Source of the DNA: Candidatus Poribacteria bacterium
GTDB lineage: Bacteria > Poribacteria > WGA-4E > WGA-3G
Assembly: GCA_965198235.1 (NCBI GenBank)
Contig: OZ240248.1
Location: 832,001-896,000, forward strand
DNA length: 64,000 nt
Reading direction: 5' to 3'
Position 1 is the first letter of the stretch; every line of letters begins with the position of its first letter. The notes under the pieces were generated by a model, which ran no database searches, was not told the origin of the DNA, and worked only from the letters and a program-made list of their open reading frames with translations. The translations under genes and the position numbers were made by a program. Shown in pieces: positions 10,152 to 20,025 of the stretch.

Positions 10152-11255
10152 ATGGAGATTTTTATGAAACTCTATAAGATTTGGACACTGTTCTGTTGTC
10201 TACTACTCGCATCTGCTCTTGTTGTCGGGTGTGGGAGTGACGATGAAACAGATGAACCTGGCGATACGCAGGGTGAGGCCTTTGATGCAGGCACGATGCT
10301 CAACGACTTTGCCAATATCGTCGTGTTAGCCACATACACCGAACTGGACAACAAGGCAGGTGATTTGTTAGCAGCAGTCAAGGCACTGAAGGCTGACCCC
10401 TCGCAGGGAAATTTGGAAAAAGCACAACAAGCATGGAAAGCAACCCGAAAACCGTGGGAACAGAGCGAATCGTTCCTGTTCGGTCCCGTCGATACGCAAG
10501 GGCTTGATCCAGCATTAGATAGTTGGCCCGTTGATCACGTTAATCTACAATCTGTTCTGGACAGCGACGATACATTAACGGTGGATTTTGTCGGTGGATT
10601 AGAAGATACACAGAAAGGATTCCACACGATCGAGTTTCTCCTGTTCCGGGATGGCAACCAACGCAAAGCATCAGATATAACCCTACGTGAACTGGCGTAC
10701 CTCGTTTCGACGACAGAGAACCTGAAGGCGAGTACCTCTCAACTACGGTTGGCGTGGGCACCAGAAGGCGAAAACTTTAGTAGCATTGTTGCACAAGCTG
10801 GGGCGGGGAGTGCTGTCTATCCCTCTCAAAGTGCCGCAGTACAAGAGATGGTCAATGGCATGATTGTCATCGCCGATGAAGTTGCGAACGGTAAGATTTC
10901 TGATCCCTACAACGAATCGGACACAACCCTTGTTGAATCTCAGTTCAGTTTCAACTCGATCTCGGATTTCCAAGACAATATCCGCGGAATTCAGAACGTC
11001 TATATGGGAAGGTTCATGAGTGATGGACAAGGGCTCAACGATTTCGTGAACAGCCACGATCCTGATTTAGACGCGCGTTTCCAGCAAGAGGTGCAGGCAG
11101 CGATTGATGCTATCGGGGCAATCCCAGATCCGTTCCGCGATTCGATTACCGCGAACCGCGGTGCCGTCCAAGTTGCGATCGATGCCGTCAGCAAGGTCCA
11201 ACAAACACTCGAACAAGATATACTCCCGCTCGTCCAATCGAGTGAGTTTAATTAA
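10152..11255 (+). CDS. Imelysin (peptidase M75 / IrpA-like) iron-regulated lipoprotein
   Basis: Lipobox LVVGC; WEQSESFLFGP, LDSWP, GFHTIE (HxxE), DEVANGKI, ESQFSFNS. Confidence 0.92.
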   Translation: MEIFMKLYKIWTLFCCLLLASALVVGCGSDDETDEPGDTQGEAFDAGTMLNDFANIVVLATYTELDNKAGDLLAAVKALKADPSQGNLEKAQQAWKATRKPWEQSESFLFGPVDTQGLDPALDSWPVDHVNLQSVLDSDDTLTVDFVGGLEDTQKGFHTIEFLLFRDGNQRKASDITLRELAYLVSTTENLKASTSQLRLAWAPEGENFSSIVAQAGAGSAVYPSQSAAVQEMVNGMIVIADEVANGKISDPYNESDTTLVESQFSFNSISDFQDNIRGIQNVYMGRFMSDGQGLNDFVNSHDPDLDARFQQEVQAAIDAIGAIPDPFRDSITANRGAVQVAIDAVSKVQQTLEQDILPLVQSSEFN

Positions 11256-11320
11256 TATATTTTGTGAAAAGTTTTAATTCGGAAATATGTAAACACGAAA
11301 GGGAAACCATTTCGTCTTTG

Positions 11321-11348
11321 CAGGGAACAGCCACTCGTGCTGTTCCCT
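11321..11348 (+). terminator. Stem-loop between the imelysin and di-haem genes
   Basis: agggaacagc...gctgttccct inverted repeat. Confidence 0.45.
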
Positions 11349-11392
11349 TACTATAAATCTATAGTCCTATTGTGACTTGAATAGCGAAAGAG

Positions 11393-12793
11393 ATGAAACA
11401 TTTTCAGAGTTTATTCTATTTAATTCTCTTGGTGTCAATTCTGCTGAGTGCGTGTGATTCCGAGTCCCCCGTGGCTGTAGAATCGACACCGGTATTTTCA
11501 ACAAGCGAGCTTTCCGGCGGTGAGACGACTGTCTTTGACGCGTCAAGCCACGCGTTCTCAATCCCCGCGCCTAATCTTTCGACATCAGCACTTGAGAAGC
11601 ATCTGGAAGGTGATGTTGAATTTGAAGCCGTCTTTGTGACAGCACCTGCGGTGGTAAACCCCGGACTCGGACCCATCTATAACAACATTTCGTGTATCAA
11701 CTGCCATTCACGTGATGGTCGCGGGCGACCGCCGGATGTTGACGAGGGACTTGTGTCTCTGCTCTTCAGGCTCAGTCTGCCGAAGACGGAGGATGCAATG
11801 GACGGAAAGCCACCGACCCCGGTACCTGGCTTTGGTACACAACTTAACAATCGCGCCATTGTGAACACAGACCCGGAAGGCAAAGTCAAGATTGACTATA
11901 CCGAGCAGACGCTGACGATAGCGGACGGCACGCGTGTGCATCTGCGCCATCCGAACTACACTCTTACGGAAACCTACCAGTCGATACCAGAAAACGTTGA
12001 AGTATCCCCACGCGTCGCGCCAGCCGTTTTTGGACTCGGTTTGTTGGAAGCGATCCCTGAAAACGCTATCCTTGCTTATGCAGATGAAACCGATATTGAT
12101 AGGGACGGCATCTCAGGCAAACCGAATTACGTATGGGATGTCGCAGCACAGCACTATACGCTGGGACGCTTCGGATGGAAAGCAAATCAACCGACACTCC
12201 GCCAGCAGGTTGCAGCGGCTTATCACGACGATATGGGCATAACAACTTTGTTGTTCACAGTTGAGAACTCAGCGGGACAATCACAACTCACGGAACACAG
12301 TGTAACACCGGAGGTGAGTGACGAGATTTTAGAGGTGGTGACGTTCTATGTTCAGACGTTGGCGGTGCCAGCGCGACGCGACATAGACGATCCGCAGGTC
12401 AAACAGGGTGAACAACTTTTTGCCGAAGCGCAGTGTGCCAGTTGTCATATTCCGACGTTAAGAACCGGTGTTTTAGCCGGTGTGCCTTCAGTCAGCAACC
12501 AAACGACCCACCCGTACACAGATCTGTTGTTGCACGACATGGGTCCCGATTTAGCGGACAATCGTCCCGATTTCCACGCCAGCGGTCGCGAATGGCGGAC
12601 CCCACCCTTGTGGGGTATCGGTTTGGTGAGAAGAGTTAACGGTCATACCAACTTCCTCCATGACGGCAGGGCGCGGGACTTAATGGAAGCGATCCTCTGG
12701 CATGGCGGGGAAGCAGAAGCATCACGGCAAGCCGTTGAACAGATGTCAAAAGCAGAACGCGATGCACTCATTGCGTTTTTAGAATCATTATAG
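11393..12793 (+). CDS. Di-haem oxidoreductase-family (DHOR / IrpB-like) lipoprotein
   Basis: Two CxxCH motifs (CINCH, CASCH), GLGP, GRFGWKA, TDLLLHDMG, WRTPPLWG, LHDGRAR. Confidence 0.92.
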   Translation: MKHFQSLFYLILLVSILLSACDSESPVAVESTPVFSTSELSGGETTVFDASSHAFSIPAPNLSTSALEKHLEGDVEFEAVFVTAPAVVNPGLGPIYNNISCINCHSRDGRGRPPDVDEGLVSLLFRLSLPKTEDAMDGKPPTPVPGFGTQLNNRAIVNTDPEGKVKIDYTEQTLTIADGTRVHLRHPNYTLTETYQSIPENVEVSPRVAPAVFGLGLLEAIPENAILAYADETDIDRDGISGKPNYVWDVAAQHYTLGRFGWKANQPTLRQQVAAAYHDDMGITTLLFTVENSAGQSQLTEHSVTPEVSDEILEVVTFYVQTLAVPARRDIDDPQVKQGEQLFAEAQCASCHIPTLRTGVLAGVPSVSNQTTHPYTDLLLHDMGPDLADNRPDFHASGREWRTPPLWGIGLVRRVNGHTNFLHDGRARDLMEAILWHGGEAEASRQAVEQMSKAERDALIAFLESL

Positions 12794-12897
12794 GAGTAAG
12801 TCGTATAATAACCGTTGGGTGGATTCCTACATCCATGTCTTACGGCATGTTGAATCAAGTTGGCGGGAAACAGGATACCCCGCCTTACCATGAATTT

Positions 12898-12916
12898 GAT
12901 AATGAGTTTCATTCTC
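12898..12916. promoter_or_regulatory. Fur box
   Basis: GATAATGAGTTTCATTCTC just upstream of the RBS of the IsdG-like gene. Confidence 0.75.
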
Positions 12917-12932
12917 AATAAGGAGAACCTTT

Positions 12933-13289
12933 ATGATAACTGTTGCGAACCGAATCTATGTCACACCTGAATATCAGGACGAATTTGAGGAGCGATTCCG
13001 AAACCGGGCTCGTCTCGTTGATGGAATGCCGGGGTTTATCTCCAACCAGGTCCTGCGTCCTATCAATGACGGCGACCCGTACATTGTTTTCACACTCTGG
13101 GAATCTCGAAAGGATTTTGAAAACTGGGTAGAGTCCGAGGAATTCCGTAAAGGACACTCCCAATCCGGCACCTTGCCAAAAGAGGCGTTCCCGCAATCAA
13201 ACAAACTCGAACTTCATGAGGTGTTCCTTGATTCCACTCAACCTGAGCTGAAGGAGGAACCCCGCGGAGGTCCATTCAAGGTTCACTAA
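12933..13289 (+). CDS. ABM-family, IsdG/HmoB-like haem-degrading monooxygenase
   Basis: ANRIYV...FEERF...MPGF...T.WES...F..W..S..FRKGH, with the IsdG-type Asn, Trp and His. Confidence 0.8.
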   Translation: MITVANRIYVTPEYQDEFEERFRNRARLVDGMPGFISNQVLRPINDGDPYIVFTLWESRKDFENWVESEEFRKGHSQSGTLPKEAFPQSNKLELHEVFLDSTQPELKEEPRGGPFKVH

Positions 13290-13527
13290 AGAAAATAATA
13301 GCAGAAAAAGCGACGCAAGAAACAGGACATGCTCCCAACTGCCAATTGTTAGCTACCGTCCATGTTTCTAAGGAAAATCAACACATGCCGATTGAAAATC
13401 GACAGCATTTCGCGTACCGCGGACCTTTCGCGCTTTTTTAAGAGCGCGTTTCGTGCCCGATGCCTTTTCTGCCTTAATTAGAATACGCCATTAGCACTGG
13501 AACTGTCAAGAGAATTCGGAGGTCAAT

Positions 13528-14244
13528 ATGCCAACAAATCCTACAAATTCAGCACCAGTAAAAAAAACTGTGAATAACCTGGAAAGACAGCGTCGACGTT
13601 CGCCATATTCCTTTCTACCCCTGGCATGGAGCAGAGGCGCGTTTCTCAAATGGCTTAGACGAACACACGCGTGGCTTGGGTTATGGGGGGCGACTTTGGG
13701 CATCCTGTTCGGTGTCACCGGTATCCTACTCAATCACCGAGGAACTCTGAAAATTAACGCCGCCAAAACCGATCAGACAAAACGGGAACTTTCACTGCCG
13801 GATTATAAATTTGAAAATGTCGAGGCGTTCGCAGCATGGCTGCAAATAGAACTTGAGCTCGATAAAAAATGGAACCGTGCGCGCTCACAGGAACCCCGAG
13901 AAATTAGTTGGGGTGGAAAATCCGTCACGCAACCCGAAAGATGGAGCGTCCGTTTTAGCAACCCAAAACGGAGTTACAGCGCAGAATACTGGGTCGGCAA
14001 CGCTTATACCACTGTCAGGCAGTTTGATAGAAATATATTTGCCTTTCTCAATCGGTTGCACATGGGGAGTGGCATGGGTGTTGCATGGATTCTCCTCGCT
14101 GATACGATTGCCGGCAGTCTAATTATCCTTGCCCTCAGCGGTGTCCTGCTCTGGACGCGTTTACATGGAGCGCGGCTGCTCGCTGCGGGGCTTGGGCTCG
14201 GATCGCTAACCCTTGCCATCTTCTTTGTTTGGCGAGTCTTTTAA
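13528..14244 (+). CDS. PepSY-associated TM-helix iron-regulated membrane protein
   Basis: LRRTHAWLG, TGILLNH, LNRLHMG, LSGVLLW. Confidence 0.85.
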   Translation: MPTNPTNSAPVKKTVNNLERQRRRSPYSFLPLAWSRGAFLKWLRRTHAWLGLWGATLGILFGVTGILLNHRGTLKINAAKTDQTKRELSLPDYKFENVEAFAAWLQIELELDKKWNRARSQEPREISWGGKSVTQPERWSVRFSNPKRSYSAEYWVGNAYTTVRQFDRNIFAFLNRLHMGSGMGVAWILLADTIAGSLIILALSGVLLWTRLHGARLLAAGLGLGSLTLAIFFVWRVF

Positions 14245-14259
14245 CGTATTCAAGAGGGT

Positions 14260-15198
14260 ATGATTATGCTTTCAAACAGAACAGTTAATTCTCGCAGCGC
14301 AAACACTACTTTCAAATGGCTTTTACGGATACTGCTGAACCTTGTGTTAGGACTGCTTCTATTCGCAATATTGAGTTCAGCAGAAAGTACGGATGATACT
14401 CGTGAAACCGACGGTGCCGTGGAGTTAGAGCCGGTCGTGGTAACGGCAACAAGGACACTCCAACGCCTAAAAGACACACCGGTTATTACAAATCTTATTA
14501 CACGCGCGGAGATCGAAGCAACGGGGGCGGAGAATATCGGAGAGGTGTTAGAGCACACGGCAGGCATCATTATCCATCGCGATGGACACGGCGACGGTGT
14601 GCAACTTCAAGGGCTTGACTCCGAATATGTACTGATTCTCGTGGATGGCGAACCGCAGGTTGGACGCATCGCGGGCAAACTCGACATGGCTCGGCTTGCT
14701 GTCGAAAACGTCGAGCGGATAGAAATCGTCAAAGGCGCGACCGCCTCTCTTTTTGGAAACGCTGCGCTCGGCGGCGTTATTAACATCATTACCCGCAAAG
14801 CAACAACTCCCCTTTCGGTGCAGGTTTCCCAAAATCTTGAGCAAAACAGTACCCTCGACAGTCGAGCCACGCTTGAATTTCAACGCGATAAACTAAACAC
14901 ACTTTTGACACTCAGCCATAATCGTCGAAGTCCAATTGATTTGGATACGTCCGATCTCACAACTACAATCGACGGCTATGCCAACGTGACAGGTTCCGCA
15001 CGGACCGAATACCAACTCACACCAACGACTAATCTGGTGCTCTCTGGACAATACTTTACACAAGACCAGGAGGGAATTAGCGAAAACGGTCCTGTGGCAT
15101 TTGACAGGCTCGGTGCTATCGAAAACTTCAGTGGAAGTGTGGGTGTAGAACACGAATTCGGAGCAGGAAACCTACAGAACGTGTCTCCCACTTTACTA
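14260..15198 (+). pseudogene. TonB-dependent receptor truncated by IS insertion (plug and start of barrel only)
   Basis: VVVTATRT, ILVDGEP, VERIEIVKG..S.LFG..ALGGVINIITR; the frame enters the IS at 15199 and the rest of the barrel is absent. Confidence 0.85.
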
Positions 15199-16066
15199 GG
15201 TAGTGTTTACATTTTTTTAGTAGTGATAAGTAGAGCTGCGAAATAGACGAAACCGAGGTATCGCCCGGCATATTTATCGTATCGCGTGGCACCTCGACGA
15301 TATTGTTTCAAGCGATGAAAAAAACGTTCGATGACATTGCGAAGTTTATACACATCTGTATCATAAGCAATATCTTCAAGACGACGCTTGCGGGGCCGGA
15401 TAACCGCCTCTGCCGCCTGGTCAGTTATCTCGGCACGAAACGCATCCGAGTCATAGGCAGCGTCAGCGATAACGTATTGACACGAGTAGCCGGCAATCAA
15501 CACGGGACCTTGTGTGATGTCATGGCGTTGTCCTGCTGTCAAAGTAAAACGCAACGGCAGAAAGTCGGCACTCACCGCCGCATGGCGTTTCGTCGTAAAG
15601 CCACCCGGACACCGGCCAAGCGCTTCATTGACTTGACCTCCGTTTTTTTTTCGGGGCACCCGCAGCAGACGAATGTGCCCCCACGATCGTCGAATCTACA
15701 AGGACTGCGGAGACTTCACCCGCATCATGGAAATGTTCATGGAGTTTTTCAAAGACTCCCGCATCGCACCAGCGACCAAAACGTCTATAGATGCTATTCC
15801 AATATCCATAAACTTTCGGCAGGGCCCGCCACGTGGCTCCCTCTGTGGCTATCCAGACGACTGCTGAGAGAAAACGTCTACAGTCTTCAGGATTACCAAC
15901 ATAGACGGTGGGCAACGTTTTCAGAAACGGGTGGAGGCTGTTCCACGCAGCATCAGAAATCATCACTGGAAACTCTTGAGGCGTATTTATAGTTCTTGGT
16001 TTCATGCAAAACAGGCTACCAAAAACTGATCAAAATGTCAATAACTTACACAATGTAAACACTACC
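15199..16066 (-). mobile_element. IS5-family (IS427-like) insertion sequence
   Basis: 15-bp perfect TIR ggtagtgtttacatt / aatgtaaacactacc, flanked by TA on both sides; two-ORF DDE transposase. Confidence 0.9.
15207..16005 (-). CDS. IS5-family transposase, two ORFs (16005-15625, 15659-15207) joined by a -1 frameshift
   Basis: GATWRALP..YG.W.SIY.RF.RW, VDST.V.AH; ADAAYDSD, YKLRNVIERFF; slippery A9 run at 15643-15651 in the overlap. Confidence 0.88.
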
Positions 16067-17241
16067 TACTCTGTCCTCAGCCTCGGATCTAAGGCATCGC
16101 GGACGGCATCGCCGAAGAGGTTCGCAGGCAGCACCAATCCGAACATAAACGCAAAGGCTGCGGCGAGATTCCACCAAACAATCGGGTCGCGAGCGAGTTC
16201 TAAACGTGCCGTATTAATCATATTTCCCCAACTTCCGGTTGTCGGCTCAACGCCGATTTGGAGGTAGCTGAGCAACGCTTCTGCCAGCACCAATCCACTA
16301 AATCGCAAGATAGTAGATATCAACACGATATGCATGAGGTTCGGAACGAGATGCTTGAGAATAATGAGTCCACGATGCACGCCAAAGGCTTCGGAGGCTT
16401 GGATGTACTCCAATTCCCGGAGTTTCAAGGTTTCACCGCGTAGGATACGACACAACCCCGTCCAACTTCTGATACCCATGATGAGGCAGAGATTGAATAA
16501 CCCCTGTCCAAAGAGGAGCATGAAGGCAACAATAAGAAGGATAGACGGAATAGAATCGAGCGTGGCGTAGATGTACTGAACGGCATCGTCTATCCAACCA
16601 CCAAAGTAACCCGATATAACACCGAAAAATATGGCGAATGGGACAGCAATCAAGGTGGTAAATCCACCGATAATGAGTCCGGTACGGATACCTTTCAGGG
16701 CACGGTAAAGAACATCACTACCCACCTTGTCGGTGCCAAGGAGATGGCTACGGGGATACTGAAGCGGTGGATTGTCACGAACCGTGCGTCCGTCAGGGGT
16801 CTGGAGGGTGCTTTTCGCATACAGATGCGTTGCCAAAGGAGCAGAATAGGTTTTCTCGGTTCGTTCCCGAAGCGGTGTGCAAAGCCTATCAAGGAGGCTC
16901 AAACCTCTCGGTCTATAGACAATCGCACCACTCTCATTTCGAGTGAGTGTTTGGTCAGTTTGCCGTATGAGTGGGTCGCGCCAACCGACGCTATCCAACA
17001 CACCGACAAGGAGGTAACCTAAGAGAACGAAAAGACAAACAATAGCGAGGTGGTTTCTGCGAATCTGCCTTGCCGCGTTTCGCCAATACTCTTGCTGCGA
17101 GGCGTATCGGAGGAGCCACCCCGCACCGACAAGACATGCAATGACGATGAGATTCTGATAGGCATCGGAACGCCAAACCCAACTAAACCGATCATCGATT
17201 CCAATGTCTGGGGCGTTTGTCCCGATGAGAAAAATAGGCAT
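16066..17241 (-). CDS. Peptide/nickel ABC transporter permease (DppC/OppC-like)
   Basis: HLLGTDKVGSDV, EAA loop, HLVPN, EALLSYL, SWG.MI, NLFGDAVRDALDPR. Confidence 0.92.
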   Translation of the reverse strand: MPIFLIGTNAPDIGIDDRFSWVWRSDAYQNLIVIACLVGAGWLLRYASQQEYWRNAARQIRRNHLAIVCLFVLLGYLLVGVLDSVGWRDPLIRQTDQTLTRNESGAIVYRPRGLSLLDRLCTPLRERTEKTYSAPLATHLYAKSTLQTPDGRTVRDNPPLQYPRSHLLGTDKVGSDVLYRALKGIRTGLIIGGFTTLIAVPFAIFFGVISGYFGGWIDDAVQYIYATLDSIPSILLIVAFMLLFGQGLFNLCLIMGIRSWTGLCRILRGETLKLRELEYIQASEAFGVHRGLIILKHLVPNLMHIVLISTILRFSGLVLAEALLSYLQIGVEPTTGSWGNMINTARLELARDPIVWWNLAAAFAFMFGLVLPANLFGDAVRDALDPRLRTE

Positions 17242-17388
17242 TTTGATAGTTATTGGTTGTCAGTAGTCAGTAATTGTCGGTTGTCGGTGCTTTCGGTAAG
17301 CGTCTACATATTTTCAAACTTCACTATAGTTTCCAGCATCCAGTTAAAGAGGGATTTGACATCATCAGTTATCTCTCTTAACTGATAA

Positions 17389-18510
17389 CTACTCTGTTCG
17401 ATAAACGGCTTCGCGTGTGTGAAACCCATCTTTAATGACCTCTTCGTCCAGATTTTCCTGGTCAACTTGGATAGGTGTCAGCAAGATCGATGGCACGTCA
17501 ATTTTGCCATTGTCAACGGTCTGTGTAGCTTCAGCGATCGCTTCACCTTTTGCGAGTGCGACAGCGGCTTGTGCCGCCTTCGTTGCGATGAGGTGGATCG
17601 GTTTATAAACCGTCATGGTCTGTGTGCCTTTGACAATCCGTTGGCACGCGGCGAGTTCCGCATCCTGCCCCGAAACAAGGACACTTCCTGCTAAATTCTG
17701 TCCCTCAAGTGCCTGTATAACGCCACCAGCTGTGCCATCATTTGACGCAACGACAGCGTCTATTTGGTTGTTCGTCTGTGTCAAGACCTGTTCCGCCTTC
17801 TTGAGTGCGTCACGCGGATCCCAATTAACCGCCCAATGTTCTCCCCCTGCCACTAAACGAATGGCACCACTGTCAATTGCGGGCTGCAAGGCACGGAGTT
17901 GTCCCTGTCGGAGGAGTTGTGCGTTATTGTCAGTTGGGGCACCACCGAGTAGGAAGTAGGCACCCTCTGGCTTCTGACGCAGTAGGTATTCGGCTTGCAG
18001 ATATCCAACCTGTTCGTTGTCGAAAGAGATATAGAGATCCGGTGAACTCTCGCGGATGAGTCGATCATAGGCGATGACTTTGATTCCCTCTGCGTGCGCG
18101 GCTTGGACAATTTGGGCGGCAGCAATGCTATCCTTTGGAATAACAACGAGAACGTCCACACCTTGGGTAATCATATTCTCTGCTTGCTCGTTCTGTCGAC
18201 GTTCATTTCCATCAGCAGACTGGACGATAACTTCGGCACCGAGTTTCTCTGCTTCAGCCGTGAAAATATCTCGGTCCTTCTGCCACCGTTCCACACGCAA
18301 TGAATCCATAGACAATCCGATTTTGATTTTCTTGGTGGCAGTAGCATCCGCCTTTTCAGTTTTCTTTTCTGCGTCCGGGTCAGCACATCCAAAAAGCATC
18401 ACGAGACACACTGTTAAAACGCAGAAAATCGATGTAACTTTCACACAAATCCTGTTTTTGGTAGCACTTGGAAACCAAAAGTTACCCTTAAAAGTCGGAA
18501 GGCGCATCAT
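17389..18510 (-). CDS. xylF: D-xylose-type sugar ABC substrate-binding lipoprotein
   Basis: IGLSMDSLRVERWQKDRDIF, AYDRLI, GGAPTDNNA, ASNDGTAGG, SGQDA, QTMTVYKP. Confidence 0.85.
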   Translation of the reverse strand: MMRLPTFKGNFWFPSATKNRICVKVTSIFCVLTVCLVMLFGCADPDAEKKTEKADATATKKIKIGLSMDSLRVERWQKDRDIFTAEAEKLGAEVIVQSADGNERRQNEQAENMITQGVDVLVVIPKDSIAAAQIVQAAHAEGIKVIAYDRLIRESSPDLYISFDNEQVGYLQAEYLLRQKPEGAYFLLGGAPTDNNAQLLRQGQLRALQPAIDSGAIRLVAGGEHWAVNWDPRDALKKAEQVLTQTNNQIDAVVASNDGTAGGVIQALEGQNLAGSVLVSGQDAELAACQRIVKGTQTMTVYKPIHLIATKAAQAAVALAKGEAIAEATQTVDNGKIDVPSILLTPIQVDQENLDEEVIKDGFHTREAVYRTE

Positions 18511-18530
18511 ATCACTCCTTTTGAGATTCA

Positions 18531-19829
18531 TTATTGTTCTCCAGACGAATCTGCTTCTGAAGTAGATTCCTCGGATTCGGTAGAATCGGGTGTAATCTCG
18601 CGAACAACATCGCCGATTTTGAGGGGTTCCGCCGTCTCAATAACTCGGAAGATAGAAACCTTATCATTCAGGATTTCAGAAACCGCCACGAGTCCAATCT
18701 GCTTGGGTACATAGGTTAGGATTTCACCGGTATCTAAATCTCGTACCGGCTTGCCTCTGGTATAGACAGCAAACTCTTGGTTAATAGCTATCCTCTTGTT
18801 GGAACCGATATTGACATAAATCTTATCCGGATGCTCATTGTCCACGTACTGAATCTTACCTTTGACAGGTTCCCCAGATGCCATTGTCGGAGTTTCCTGT
18901 CCTTCTTTGGCGGTTGCAGTCTTTGGTTCCCAAGGCGTAATGAAATTGGGTCCGACGTTATCTCGAAGTGCCAAAACTACCTTGATTAACGCCTCATTGG
19001 TTACCACTCCGAAAAGGGTTCTGTCGTATTCGGCACTCGCAAACTGGATCTGATTAAGTTCGGTTGGTCTGACAATCGGGCGCGGGTTCTTTCGCTGACT
19101 GTCCCTCGTTTGACCAAAAGAGAGGTTCGTCCCTTCCTCCGTCATACTGACTTCAAGGGAAGCGAATTTTGTGCCTGCGTATGAGTGGTCGCGGCTGGCG
19201 GAAATTCGAGGTTCTGCCACAAGGCTGCCGGATGCATTGTAGAATTTCATGTTCAGTTTAATGGTGGCACGGTGTAGAGACCCTCGCAGAATAACGGGAG
19301 CAAGGTAACTTGCGGTTGCAGAGCCTCGCTGCGCTTCACGTCCACCTTCCCGCAGCGTGCGCGAAGCGTTAGTTCTCAACCGCTCTTGATTAAAATTTCG
19401 GATATCGCCCACCACAATTACGTCTGCATTGAGATGCTTCGCAAGCGTTGCGCGTTGCGCCTGATCCAGTTTCTTCAGGCTCTGCCGTGAGAGCGTCATA
19501 AGTGCCATAGCATCAAGGAGTTCATCTTTACTGATGGGTTCATACACATTCGTTTCGACGAGTTTCCGATTCAGCATTTTGGCAAATCCCGCCTCCAAAT
19601 CCCATCGTTTCTTTGTGCTGAACAGGTTGCCGATGAAGGTGGGGACACAACCACATCCAGTAGGAGAATCAAAACGACTGTGATCCTCAAAATAGAGAAC
19701 AGCAATGCGTTTCTTTGAAGCCGCATCGCTAACAGCAATAGTACCAATCATGAAACACAGACTGAACCCTATCACGAACAGATATGAAAAAAAGCGTTTC
19801 ACCCTTTTTTGCCCTCCTTTTTCCTTCAT
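18531..19829 (-). CDS. CsgG/TolB_N-like domain + C-terminal FlgT_C-like domain protein
   Basis: KKRIAVLYFED N-terminus, ADVIVVGDI; C-terminal IYVNIGS...F.VY..GKPVRDLDTGEIL. Confidence 0.6.
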   Translation of the reverse strand: MKEKGGQKRVKRFFSYLFVIGFSLCFMIGTIAVSDAASKKRIAVLYFEDHSRFDSPTGCGCVPTFIGNLFSTKKRWDLEAGFAKMLNRKLVETNVYEPISKDELLDAMALMTLSRQSLKKLDQAQRATLAKHLNADVIVVGDIRNFNQERLRTNASRTLREGGREAQRGSATASYLAPVILRGSLHRATIKLNMKFYNASGSLVAEPRISASRDHSYAGTKFASLEVSMTEEGTNLSFGQTRDSQRKNPRPIVRPTELNQIQFASAEYDRTLFGVVTNEALIKVVLALRDNVGPNFITPWEPKTATAKEGQETPTMASGEPVKGKIQYVDNEHPDKIYVNIGSNKRIAINQEFAVYTRGKPVRDLDTGEILTYVPKQIGLVAVSEILNDKVSIFRVIETAEPLKIGDVVREITPDSTESEESTSEADSSGEQ

Positions 19830-20025
19830 TTACCTTTCACGTCTATAGTTTAGCAGTCCTGTGAAGATTTATCAAGGAAATTTAAGTCTTTTGGAAGATC
19901 GTTTCTTTAACAAGAAATCACTTGAAACACCAGAAAATATCTGGTATCATTACTATGAGTTAGCGGACACCGTTTACATGCCGCAACTTACTGCTATACA
20001 AAACACAAACGAAAAAGGAAACTCT

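Noticed and set aside
15303-15992. 229-aa plus-strand ORF in the IS
   Set aside because: Antisense to the transposase.
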